DNA from: an uncultured Planctomycetota bacterium
GTDB lineage: Bacteria; Planctomycetota; Planctomycetia; Gemmatales; Gemmataceae
Assembly (NCBI GenBank): GCA_963849325.1
Contig: CAWKHF010000006.1
Span: 32,001 to 96,000 of the forward strand
Direction: 5' to 3'
Length of the DNA: 64,000 nt
The notes under the pieces are model-generated. The model was given only the letters and a program-made list of their open reading frames with translations, did no database searches and was not told the origin of the DNA. Every line of letters starts with the position of its first letter. Position 1 is the stretch's first letter. Made by a program: the position numbers and the translations under genes. Shown in pieces: positions 17,880 through 29,779 of this stretch.

Positions 17880-18688
17880 TCAAGCGCGGCCGCGAAGTTG
17901 CTCGGCCAGCCAGGTCGATTCTTCTTCGGTCAACGCCGGCTGCAAAGGACGCGAGTAATCGAACTCGATTGGTCATAATGGGAGCGGGCATAGATGGCCG
18001 CCACCAGAGGTTGAAGATCGAGCCGAATATCCGCGTCCGGGAGGAGCGAGGGGAATGGGAATGGCCGGCAGGGGTTGCTGGAAATGAGCCGGCCAGACTG
18101 TGCAGTAGGGCGCGCGTTGCTGCCGGCAGACGAGCAACGTGTAAGGACTGTTCGGCCACGGCGGTCATCATCGGCATACGTTCGCCGCCGCGAAGCAAAT
18201 CCAGTTCGACGAGATTGGCGACGCCCAGCAGCAGCGCCTGGCGCTTGCGGAGATAGAGCTTCCAGCCCTTCGAGCCGCGCCGTTTATTCGAGGGCGACAA
18301 CACCTCGATGCACGTGACCAGGCGCTGTTCGGCATCGTGTTCGATGGATTTCAATGAACGTCTCGCGGAAGGGTTCGGCCACGAATGCTTGCATGGTCAC
18401 CGCCTCCGGATTCGTCCGCCGCTTCGGCGACGCGGTCGAGGCACGCTTCGCGAGCGGATTCGCTCGCGGAAGTCGTCAACGCCAACATCGGGCAGAAAGG
18501 GATGGAACTCCTTGCCTTCCGCACCGGCGAAGGCGATGTAGGAGCGCTCACCCAACCGCACGAAATATGTTCTGGGGCACTACGGCGGCGAGAGCGCGCT
18601 CGATCTCGGCGATCAGCTTGGGATGAAAATCCTCCCACAGGCCGCACGCCTCGATGAAAGGATCCATCCCAGGAAAGGGAGATGGCAT
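17880..18688 (-). CDS. DUF4058 family protein (multiple frameshifts)
   Basis: Hand translation MPSPFLGMDPFIEACGLWEDFH...; LVTCIEVLSPSNKR, NLVELDLLRGG. Confidence 0.75.
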
Positions 18689-18718
18689 GAGAGTATCTCC
18701 GTTCGGATGAAAAGGAGA

Positions 18719-19875
<1,157 letters not shown>

Positions 19876-19892
19876 AGCTGATCCTCCTTGTC

Positions 19893-19950
19893 GTTTAGCC
19901 GCGACGCGCAGCGGAGCGCGGGAATCTCCGCGCTCCGCTGCGCGTCGCGG

Positions 19951-19956
<6 letters not shown>
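19893..19956. repeat. REP-like palindrome, family A; overlaps the cbs stop codon
   Basis: GTTTAGCCGCGACGCGCAGCGGAGCGCG...CGCGCTCCGCTGCGCGTCGCGGCTAAAC. Confidence 0.9.
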
Positions 19957-21305
<1,349 letters not shown>

Positions 21306-21393
21306 CGGCTCCCCTTTCCTGTTGTGGGCGCTGTCCCACCTGGGGTTTGTATTCTGGCCGCCTCGGGGGCATTCGGGCAAGGGGAGTCTCTTT

Positions 21394-21484
21394 CCTCCCC
21401 TCTCCCCCGCTTCGGGGGAGAGGGGGCGGCTCCTCCCCCTCACCCCCTACCCCTCTCCCCCTGAGTACAGGGGGAGAGGGGAGA
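21394..21484. repeat. C/G-rich palindromic repeat, family C (CCCCTCACCCC...CCCTCTCCCC...GGGGAGAGGGG)
   Basis: Two adjacent hairpins; related copies at 27175-27290 and 54276-54328. Confidence 0.8.
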
Positions 21485-21635
21485 AAGCGAACCGCCTCCT
21501 TAGCGGGTTGTGTAGAGGAGCGTCGGCCCCGCGCCGAAAATGCGGGGGCGCACCAATTGCCCCCATGCCGAATCGTCGTTAGGATGGGAGCGGTTACCCT
21601 CGCTTCGGGATTCCGAGAATAGATCGTAGGTGGGC

Positions 21636-22638
21636 ATGGGTCTCGCTCCACAAACGGTCGCGCTGTTGCAAGCGGCCCGGCAGCTGGTCCACACGCTGCC
21701 GGCCGACGCCGTCCTGCTGCTGGCGGAAACCGACCTCGACTGGGAGTCCGTCCTGCAACACCTGGACGGCTGCCGACTGCTGGTCGCCGCCGAGGACGGC
21801 CCGCTGACGGCGCGCCTCAAGGCGCGGCCCAACCTGACCGTCCTCGACATCGATCCGGGCCCGACGCCGACGCAGGAACGCATGAGCCTGGCCCTGCTCG
21901 AAGCGGTGCGCAGCGACAAGCTCCGTCAAGGCGCCGACGTCGTCGCCCTGTACAACGGCATCGAGGCCGACGAGGACCGCAACGAGCCGATCGACACCCT
22001 CAGCGTCATCCACCTCGGCGAACACCTGGAACGGCTGACGGCGTCAGGACCTGCGCAAGCTCGATACGCAGGTGCCGCTGGAGACGCTGCGGGCGGTGGT
22101 CGATCTGGCCGTGGAGATCGGCCGCGAGGGCCGCGAGGGCCACCCGGTCGGCACCATGTTCGTCGTCGGCGACACGCGCAAGGTGCTGACCATGTCGCGG
22201 CCGATGAACTTCAATCCGTTCCGCGGTTACAGCGCCGAGGAGCGCGACATCCGCGATCCCAACGTCCGCGAACAGATCAAGGACATCGCCCAGCTGGAAG
22301 GGGCCATCATCATTCGCCGCGACGGCGTGGCGGTGGCCGCCTGCATGCGCATCGAGGCGCCGGACAAGGGCTTCACGCTGAGCAAGGGGCTGGGCACGCG
22401 CCACGCCGCCGCCGCCGCCATCAGCAAGAGCACCAAGGCCATCGCCGTCACCGTCAGCCAGTCGTCCGGCACCGTGCGTCTGTTCCAGAACGGCGAGGTC
22501 GTGCTGCACGTCGAGCCGCTGGCCCGGCCGGTGACGTGGGGCCGCTTCCACATGGAGTCGCGCGATCCCAATGGCCTCAATCGCGGCCTCGCCGGCCGGC
22601 CCGTTCCCGTCGCCGAGCGCACCACGACTCCGCCGTGA
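21636..22638 (+). CDS. DisA_N/diadenylate-cyclase domain protein with N-terminal extension (DacZ-like), frameshift near 22045
   Basis: LAVEIGREGREGHPVGTMFVVGD, NPFRGY, AQLEGAIII, GLGTRHAAAAAIS, VSQSSGTV. Confidence 0.85.
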
Positions 22639-22680
22639 GGACGCGGCACGGAGGGCGGGGTCAAGGCGGCCGGGCGCTTG

Positions 22681-22743
22681 GTTTAGCCGCGACGCGCAGC
22701 GGAGCGCGGGCAGCCCGCGCTCCGCTGCGCGTCGCGGCTAAAC
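22681..22743. repeat. REP-like palindrome, family A
   Basis: Same arms as the 19893 copy. Confidence 0.9.
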
Positions 22744-22790
22744 GAGAAGGAATAATTGGACGAGTCCGAAACCTCAAGGAGTTTTTTCCC

Positions 22791-24589
22791 ATGAATCGCT
22801 TGCGAATCTCCCGGATGACAACGGCCTGCTTGATGGCGCTGACAGCCGTCGGCACGGCCCGATCGGCGCCGGCGCCGTCGGAGCGTTCCGGACTCGATCA
22901 GGTGCCGGCCACGTCGCCGATCGTCATTCACGTTCGCGGCGTCCAGGGCACGCGCGACCGCTTTGTCGCCATGATGGAAAAAGCCCTGCCGCAGGTGCTC
23001 AAGAAGTTCCAGCCGCAGATGGACGACGCCCTCAAAAATGGCATCGAGGGACGCAAGCTCCGTGGACTGGTCAAGGATGGACCCATCTTCCTCGCCTTTA
23101 CCGACATGCCCAAGCCCCGAGACAATCCGCCCAAGATGGCCATTATCGTCGCCGTCAGCAATTACAAGGAATTCCGTGATAACGTGCTGACCGAGGACGA
23201 ACGCAACGGCATCAAGGCCAACGGCAACGGCGTCGAGGCAGTCGTCATCAAGAACGAGACCACCTACTTCGTCGATCGCAAGGGCTACGCCATCGTCACG
23301 CCGAATGAGGAGGTGGCCAACTCGTTCACCAAGAAGCAGCCCGGACTGGACGGCAAGCTGAGCAAGGAGCAAGCCGCCAAGCTGCTGAGCGCCAACGTCG
23401 GCGTCTACGTCGCCGTGGACGCGCTGAGCAAGGAGTACGCCGAGCAGATGAAGCAGGCCCGGCAGGGGCTGGAGCAACTCATCGACCTGGGCGCCGCCCA
23501 GGCCGGCAAGTCCGAGAAGACCGCCATCGAGATGGCCAAGAAGCTGATCGGACCCGTTTTCCAGGCCGTCGAGGACAGCCAGGGCGTCCTGCTGACGCTG
23601 GAGTTTCGGCCCGGCGGCCTGGCCCTGCATGGGCAGAGCGAGGTTCGTGCCGGCAGCCCGACGGGACAGTTCTTGCAAGACTCACGGCCGGCGGCGTTCC
23701 AGGAGCTGGCCCTCATGCCCGACGGCCGAACGTACTACACCGCGATGAAGACGACTTCGAGACTGTACAAGAACCTCGGCTCGTTCCTGCTCGGCATCCT
23801 GCCGGACAAGGACAGTCCCGAGGCGAAAGAGGTATCGGCCGCTCTGGAGGAGATGGCCAAGGCCGGGCCGGGCGTGCGCCTGGACGCCTTTTCGCTGCCG
23901 CCGGCGGGTCTGCAAGTGACGCAGTACGACGATCCGGCCAAGGCGGTCGCCGCCCAGCTCAAGCTCGTCAAGGCGATGGGGCCCGGCGGCACCATCCAGT
24001 CCGGCGTCCTCAAGGACAAGCCGGTCGTCAAGAACGCCGCCGAGAAGTACGGCGACTTTGAGCTGCACTCGGTGCAGATGGTGTGGGACCTGGACAAGAT
24101 GGCCGAGTCCGCCGCCGCCCTCCAGGGCGACGACGCGAAAAAGAAGGTCGTCGAGGGGCTGAAAGGACTGATGGGCGAGAAGCTCAACTTCTGGCTCGGC
24201 CACGACGGCAAGTCGGTCGTGCAGGTCATGGCCCCGGATTGGCCGGCCGCGCGCAAATCCTCGACCAGTATTTCAAGAACAAAAAGACGATCGGCGACGT
24301 GGCGGCATTCCGCGACGTGCGCAAGGAGATGCCGGCCCGAGCGTCCTTCCTGGGCCTGATCGATGCGGTGCAGTACCTGGGCACCGTGGCGGACGTACTC
24401 AAGCCGATGTTCGGCCAACTCATGCAACTGCCACCGGGTTGGCCAAACATGCCGGGCAAGGGCACGGCGTCCTTCATCGGCGTGTCCGTCACCTTGCAGC
24501 CGCAGCGCGGCGGCTTCGACACGTTCGTCTCGGCCGCCGCCGTTCAGGAGTTCTACAAGGCGTTCATCAAGCCGCTCACCGGGGAGTGA
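22791..24589 (+). CDS. Secreted hypothetical protein (frameshift near 24255)
   Basis: RBS AAGGAG; signal peptide MNRLRISRMTTACLMALTAVGTARS; C-terminus in the 24083..24589 frame. Confidence 0.75.
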
Positions 24590-24602
24590 ACGCCCGGAGG
24601 GG

Positions 24603-24654
24603 TCATTCGTTTCGCCGCGACGCGCAGCGGAGCGCGTCGCGGCGAAACGAATGA
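24603..24654. repeat. REP-like palindrome, family A (internally shortened)
   Basis: TCATTCGTTTCGCCGCGACGCG...CGCGTCGCGGCGAAACGAATGA. Confidence 0.85.
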
Positions 24655-24680
24655 AATTGGCGCGTGGGGAGATCGCCTGT

Positions 24681-27158
24681 ATGCCTCGGCTCATTCGGCG
24701 AAGTGCTCCGTGGTTGGTGGTGTTGACCGTCCTGGCCGCGGCGACCGCGCAGCCGCCGCGGCCCGCCGCGCGCGCCGAGAAGCGGCAGGAGACGAAGTCG
24801 GGCGTGCGCGTCGAGGAAGCGCCGGAGACAGACGAGGACACGCTCAAGGCCGCCGGCCTGGGCACCGACGCGCCGGCGCTCTTGGCCTTCTTCCGCGCCC
24901 GCAGCCGAACCGAGGTGGACCGCGATCACCTGCGCCACCTGCTGCGCCAGTTCGCCGACGCCCCTCCCCAGGAACGCGGGTCGGCGACGGCGGAGCTGCT
25001 CGGCCTGGGGCCGCTCGCCCTGCCGGGACTGCGGCAGGTCGCCAATGATCTCGATCATCCCGAGGCCGCCGAGCGAGCGAGGCGCTGTCTGCCCTGGCTC
25101 GAAGGGCCGTCCAGCTACAAGCTGCTGATCGCCGCGGCGCGCGTGCTGGCCGCGCGCAAGCCCGAGGGCGCCGCCGCCGCGCTTCTGGAATATCTGCCCT
25201 CGGCCGAGGAGGCCGAGGTGATCGTCGCCGTCAACACCGCTCTCGCCGCCGTCGCCGCTCCGCAAGGCAAGCCCGATCCGGCGCTGTTGCGCGGCCTGAG
25301 CGATCGTGTGGGCGTCCGCCGCGCCGCCGCCGGCATCGCCCTGAGCCGGGCCGCGCCGCCCGACCAGGTGCCCGCCGTCCGCAATCTCCTCAAAGATCCG
25401 GCATCCGGCGTGCGTCTGCGCACCGCCCTGGCCCTGGCCGAGGCCCACGATGCCGAGTCCATCCCCGTCCTTATCGACCTGCTGCTCGATCTGCCGATGG
25501 AGCAGCGTCAGCGCGTCGAGGAGTTTCTGACGCAGTTGGCCGGCGAATGGGCGCCGGTGCTGCCGCCGCAGAGCGAGGACCGCATCGCCCGCCGCATCCG
25601 CCACGACGCCTGGACGGCCTGGTGGCGCAATGCCGACGGCTCCTCGCTCCTGGCCGCTGTCCGCGAACACACGCTCACCGCCGAGGGACGAACGCGCATC
25701 GCCAGCCTGATCGCCCGGCTGGCCAGCGAGGAATTCACGGCCCGCGAAGGCGCCTCCAAGGAATTGTTTGCCCTGGGTCGCATCAGTCTGCCGCAGCTGG
25801 GCGAGGCGGCCCGGGACAAGGATTCCGAGGTCTCGCGCCGCGCCAAACTGCTGATGGACCGTATCGAGCAGGAGCCGGCCCACCGGCTGCCGGCCGCCGC
25901 CGTCCGACTGTTGGCCGTGCGCAAGCCGCCCGGCTCGGTCGAGGCCCTCCTCGCCTACCTGCCGTACGCGCCGGGCGAAACGATGTCCATCGAGGTGAAA
26001 AACTCGCTGGCCGTCCTGGCCCAGCACGACGGCAAACCCGACCCGGTGCTGCTCCGCGCCCTGGCCGACGCCGACGCCGCCGTCCGCGCCACCGCCGCCG
26101 AGGCGCTGGTCAAGGGCGGCGGACTCGAAGGACTTGCCGTCGTCCGCAAGCTGCTGACGGACCCCGCTCCGTCCGTCCGTCTCCGCGTCGCGCTGGCCCT
26201 GGCGGTGGCCCGCGACCGCGACGGCGTGCCGGTGCTGATTGACCTGCTCGCCACTCTCTCCGGCGATCAGCTGGGGCAGATCGAGGACGTCTTGCACCAA
26301 CTGGCCGGCGATACCAGCCCCGAGGTGTCGCTGGGCGACAAGCCGGAAGAACGCAAGAAGTGCCGCGATGCCTGGGCCGCCTGGTGGAAGATCAACGCCG
26401 GCCGCGTCGATCTGGCTCGGCTGACCGTTCGGCCCTGGTTCGGCTACACGGTCATCTGCGACCTCAACGGCAACCGCGTCTTCGAGGTGGATCGCCACGG
26501 CAAGCAGCGTTGGCTCATCAACAATGCCGGCGGGCCGGCCGACGCTCGCATTCTGCCCGGCAACCGCGTCCTCATCGCCGAGTACGGCGCCGACCGCGTC
26601 ACCGAGCGCGACTTCAAGGGCAACATCCTCTGGGAGCGGCGCGTTCCCAATCCGATCAACGTGCAGCGCCTGGCCAACGGCAACACCTTCGTCGCCACGA
26701 TCAACGGGCCGATCTTCGAGATCGACCGCAGCGGCAAGGAGGTGTCGCAGATCCACAACCTGCCCGGCAACACGCTGGCCGCCGCGCGCTCGCGCCGCGG
26801 CACCGTCGTCGGCCTGACACAGAGCGGCCAGTGCATCATCATGGATGCGAGCGGCAAACAATTGCGAACGTTCGCGTCGGGTCAGAACGCCCGTTCCCTG
26901 GGCGGCATCGATCTGCTGCCCAATGGACGCATTCTCGTGGCGCAGGCGGGCCGCAACAAGGTGGTGGAGTTCGACAGCGAAGGCAAGACGATCCTGGAGG
27001 TCGAAGCGCCCGGCGCGATGGCGGCGACGGGGCTGCCTAGCGGACGAATTCTGGTGGCCACGCAAGGAGGCCAGCGCGTCTACGAAGTGGATCGCGCCGG
27101 TAAGATTGTCTGGGAATACGGCGGCGCCGGTCAAGTTTTCCGTGCTCGGCAGCGCTGA
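24681..27158 (+). CDS. Secreted HEAT-repeat plus beta-propeller protein, paralogue 1
   Basis: Signal peptide; HEAT motifs (LLKDPASGVRLRTALAL, IPVLIDLL); propeller repeats (LPGNRVLIAE, RVYEVDRAGKIVW). Confidence 0.85.
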   Translation: MPRLIRRSAPWLVVLTVLAAATAQPPRPAARAEKRQETKSGVRVEEAPETDEDTLKAAGLGTDAPALLAFFRARSRTEVDRDHLRHLLRQFADAPPQERGSATAELLGLGPLALPGLRQVANDLDHPEAAERARRCLPWLEGPSSYKLLIAAARVLAARKPEGAAAALLEYLPSAEEAEVIVAVNTALAAVAAPQGKPDPALLRGLSDRVGVRRAAAGIALSRAAPPDQVPAVRNLLKDPASGVRLRTALALAEAHDAESIPVLIDLLLDLPMEQRQRVEEFLTQLAGEWAPVLPPQSEDRIARRIRHDAWTAWWRNADGSSLLAAVREHTLTAEGRTRIASLIARLASEEFTAREGASKELFALGRISLPQLGEAARDKDSEVSRRAKLLMDRIEQEPAHRLPAAAVRLLAVRKPPGSVEALLAYLPYAPGETMSIEVKNSLAVLAQHDGKPDPVLLRALADADAAVRATAAEALVKGGGLEGLAVVRKLLTDPAPSVRLRVALALAVARDRDGVPVLIDLLATLSGDQLGQIEDVLHQLAGDTSPEVSLGDKPEERKKCRDAWAAWWKINAGRVDLARLTVRPWFGYTVICDLNGNRVFEVDRHGKQRWLINNAGGPADARILPGNRVLIAEYGADRVTERDFKGNILWERRVPNPINVQRLANGNTFVATINGPIFEIDRSGKEVSQIHNLPGNTLAAARSRRGTVVGLTQSGQCIIMDASGKQLRTFASGQNARSLGGIDLLPNGRILVAQAGRNKVVEFDSEGKTILEVEAPGAMAATGLPSGRILVATQGGQRVYEVDRAGKIVWEYGGAGQVFRARQR

Positions 27159-27174
27159 GAGTCTGTCCGGTAAG

Positions 27175-27290
27175 CCCCTCTCCCCCGGTACTCCGGGGGA
27201 GAGGGGTTGGGGTGAGGGGGTGCGTTTTCCGCGAGTTTCTCGCCCCCTCACCCCCAACCCCTCTCCCCCGAGTACGGGGGAGAGGGGGGG
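27175..27290. repeat. Family C palindromic repeat (nested hairpins)
   Basis: CCCCTCTCCCCCGGTACTCCGGGGGAGAGGGG...CCCCTCACCCCCAACCCCTCTCCCCCGAGTACGGGGGAGAGGGG. Confidence 0.85.
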
Positions 27291-27350
27291 CTTGTGGGAC
27301 AGACTCTGAGAGAAGTTATCCCTGGATGCGCCTTTTTTGGAGTCGCCTGC

Positions 27351-29765
27351 ATGAATCGGCTCATCAGGTGTGTGGCTCCCTGGCTGATAGCGTTGACCAT
27401 CGTATCCACTGTTTCGCCGAGCGTGCGCGCCGAGAGCCGAGACGACGAGCAGACGCTGCACGACGCCGGCCTGGCCGGCGATGGTCCCGCGCTGTTGGCC
27501 TTCTTCCACGCGCGGGCGCGAACCGACGTCGATCCCGATCGCCTTCGCGTCTTGCTCCGCCAGTTCGCCGCTTCTTCCAACCGCGAGCGCAGCCTGGCCA
27601 CGGCCGAATTTCTCGGTCTGGGTTCGCTCGCCGTGCCCGTGCTGCGCCGCGCCGTCAACGACCTCAACGAGCCGGAGGTCGCCCGCCGCGCGGCCCACTG
27701 CCTGCGCTGGCTGGAAGGTCCACCCGCCTCGACGCTGCCGGCCGCCGCCGCCCGCGTGCTGGCCGAACACAAGCCCGAAGGCGGCGCCGAGGCGCTGCTG
27801 GACTACCTGCCGTTCGCCGACAATGCCGAGGTGCTGCGGGCCGTCACCGCTGCTCTCGCCGCCGTTGCCGCTCCCAACGGCAAGCCCGAGCCATCGCTGC
27901 TGCGCGGCCTGAACGATCCGATCGCCGTTCGCCGCGCCGTCGCTGGCGTCGCCCTGTGCCGCGCCAATCCGCCCGACCAGATCCCCGCCGTCCGCCATCT
28001 CCTCAAAGATCCAGCTCCGGGTGTGCGTCTGCGCACCGCCCTGGCCCTGGCGGAGTCCCACGACGCCGAAGCCATCCCGGTACTTATTGAACTGCTGGCG
28101 GATTTGCCCATCGAGCCGCGGCATCGCGTTGAGGAGTTTCTGACGCAGTTGGCTGGCGAGTCGGCGCCGGCCGCCCACTTCCAGGGCGAGGACGAGATCG
28201 CCCGCAAGATCCGCCGCGACGCCTGGGCCGCCTGGTGGCGCAACACCGACGGCGACGCCCTGCTGGCCGCCATCCGCAAACGGACGTTGACGGCCGAGGA
28301 CCGCGACAAGATCCGCGGCCTGCTCGCCAAGCTCGGCTCGGAGGACTTCGCTTCGCGGGAGGCGGCCTCGAAGGAACTGTTCGCTCTCGGTCGCCGGAGC
28401 CTGCCGCAGCTGCGCGAAGCGACCACGGACAAGGACGCCGAGGTATCGCGTCGCGCCAAGCACTTGATCGAGCGCATTGAGTTGGAGCCGTCGTATCACT
28501 TGCCGGCGGCGGCTCTTCGCTTGTTGGCGGTTCGCAAGCCGGCCGGCTCGGTCGAGGCGCTGCTGGCTTATCTGCCCTACGCCGAGGACGAAACCTTCAG
28601 CGCCGAGGCGCGGAAATCTCTCCTCGTCCTGGCCCTGCGCGAGGGCAAGCTCGATGCCGCTCTGGTACGCGCCCTGTCGGATACCCAAGCGGCGATCCGC
28701 TCCACGGCGGCGGAGGCGTTGGCCAAAGGCGGCGGCGAGGCGGGGCGCAAGGCCGTCCGCAAGTTGCTCACGGATGCCGTGCCCGAGGTGCGCCTGCGCG
28801 TCGCCCTGGCCCTGGCCCGGGTCAAGGAGCGCGCGGCCATCCCCGTGATGATTGATCTGCTCCCCGTGCTGCCGGGCGAATACGTCGGACAGGTGGAGGA
28901 AGCCCTTTATCAACTGGCCGGCGACACGGCCCCGCAAGTCGCGCTGGGCACGGAGTCGGCCGACCGCCGCAAATGCCGCGATGCCTGGGCCGCCTGGTGG
29001 AAAGTCAACGCTCCGCTCGTCGATCTCGGACGCTTGACCGAGAGTCCGTTGCTCGGCTACACGCTCATCTGCGATGCCGACCGCGTTGTGGAGGTCGATC
29101 GGCAGGGCAAGACGCGCTGGAGCATCGGCAACTTGCAGTTCCCCACCGACGCCTGGGTGCTGCCCGGCAATCGCGTCCTCATCACCGAGTGGAACGCTTG
29201 CCGCGTCACGGAACGCGACAGGAAAGGCAACGTCCTGTGGAAGAAAGACGGACTGCCCAGCAACCCCGTCTACGCGCAACGCTTGCCCAATGGCCATACG
29301 TTCATTGCCGTTAAAACGGGTCTGATGCTCGAAGTGGATCGTGCCGGTAAAGAGATTTATAAGATCGACAAAATACCCGACGTGCTGTACGCCTATCGCT
29401 CGCGGCGAGGCAACATCGTCTGCCTGACGCAAAAAGGCCAATGTCTTACCTTGGACACGACCGGCAACCCGCTGCGGAATTTCGCTATCCAATACCCCAT
29501 CGTCGCACGAGGCGGTCTCGATCTGCTGTCGGATGGCCGCATACTCATCGCTTCCGAGCAGGCGGGCAAAGTGATGGAGTACGATAGCCAGGGCAAACGG
29601 CTGCACGAATGGGACGTGCCGCAGGCAACGACGGCGACCGGCTTGCCCAACGGCCACCTTCTCGTCTCCAGTCAAAATGTCAACCGGGTCGTCGAACTGG
29701 ATCGTGCGGGAAAAATCGTCTGGGAACAAACCAACGTCGCGGCTTATCGAGCGCGGCGAAGATGA
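27351..29765 (+). CDS. Secreted HEAT-repeat plus beta-propeller protein, paralogue 2
   Basis: MNRLIRCVAPWLIALTIV; colinear with paralogue 1; ends YRARRR. Confidence 0.87.
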   Translation: MNRLIRCVAPWLIALTIVSTVSPSVRAESRDDEQTLHDAGLAGDGPALLAFFHARARTDVDPDRLRVLLRQFAASSNRERSLATAEFLGLGSLAVPVLRRAVNDLNEPEVARRAAHCLRWLEGPPASTLPAAAARVLAEHKPEGGAEALLDYLPFADNAEVLRAVTAALAAVAAPNGKPEPSLLRGLNDPIAVRRAVAGVALCRANPPDQIPAVRHLLKDPAPGVRLRTALALAESHDAEAIPVLIELLADLPIEPRHRVEEFLTQLAGESAPAAHFQGEDEIARKIRRDAWAAWWRNTDGDALLAAIRKRTLTAEDRDKIRGLLAKLGSEDFASREAASKELFALGRRSLPQLREATTDKDAEVSRRAKHLIERIELEPSYHLPAAALRLLAVRKPAGSVEALLAYLPYAEDETFSAEARKSLLVLALREGKLDAALVRALSDTQAAIRSTAAEALAKGGGEAGRKAVRKLLTDAVPEVRLRVALALARVKERAAIPVMIDLLPVLPGEYVGQVEEALYQLAGDTAPQVALGTESADRRKCRDAWAAWWKVNAPLVDLGRLTESPLLGYTLICDADRVVEVDRQGKTRWSIGNLQFPTDAWVLPGNRVLITEWNACRVTERDRKGNVLWKKDGLPSNPVYAQRLPNGHTFIAVKTGLMLEVDRAGKEIYKIDKIPDVLYAYRSRRGNIVCLTQKGQCLTLDTTGNPLRNFAIQYPIVARGGLDLLSDGRILIASEQAGKVMEYDSQGKRLHEWDVPQATTATGLPNGHLLVSSQNVNRVVELDRAGKIVWEQTNVAAYRARRR

Positions 29766-29779
29766 CACGGTGAGGAGAG

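Noticed and set aside
21630-24359. 909-aa fusion of the DAC N-terminus with the downstream secreted protein
   Set aside because: Artefact of a frameshift near 22045; the DAC gene stops at 22638 and the next gene has its own RBS and signal peptide.
24603-29768. 1721-aa minus-strand ORF and other long antisense ORFs
   Set aside because: Shadow frames of high-GC plus-strand genes; no recognisable motifs.
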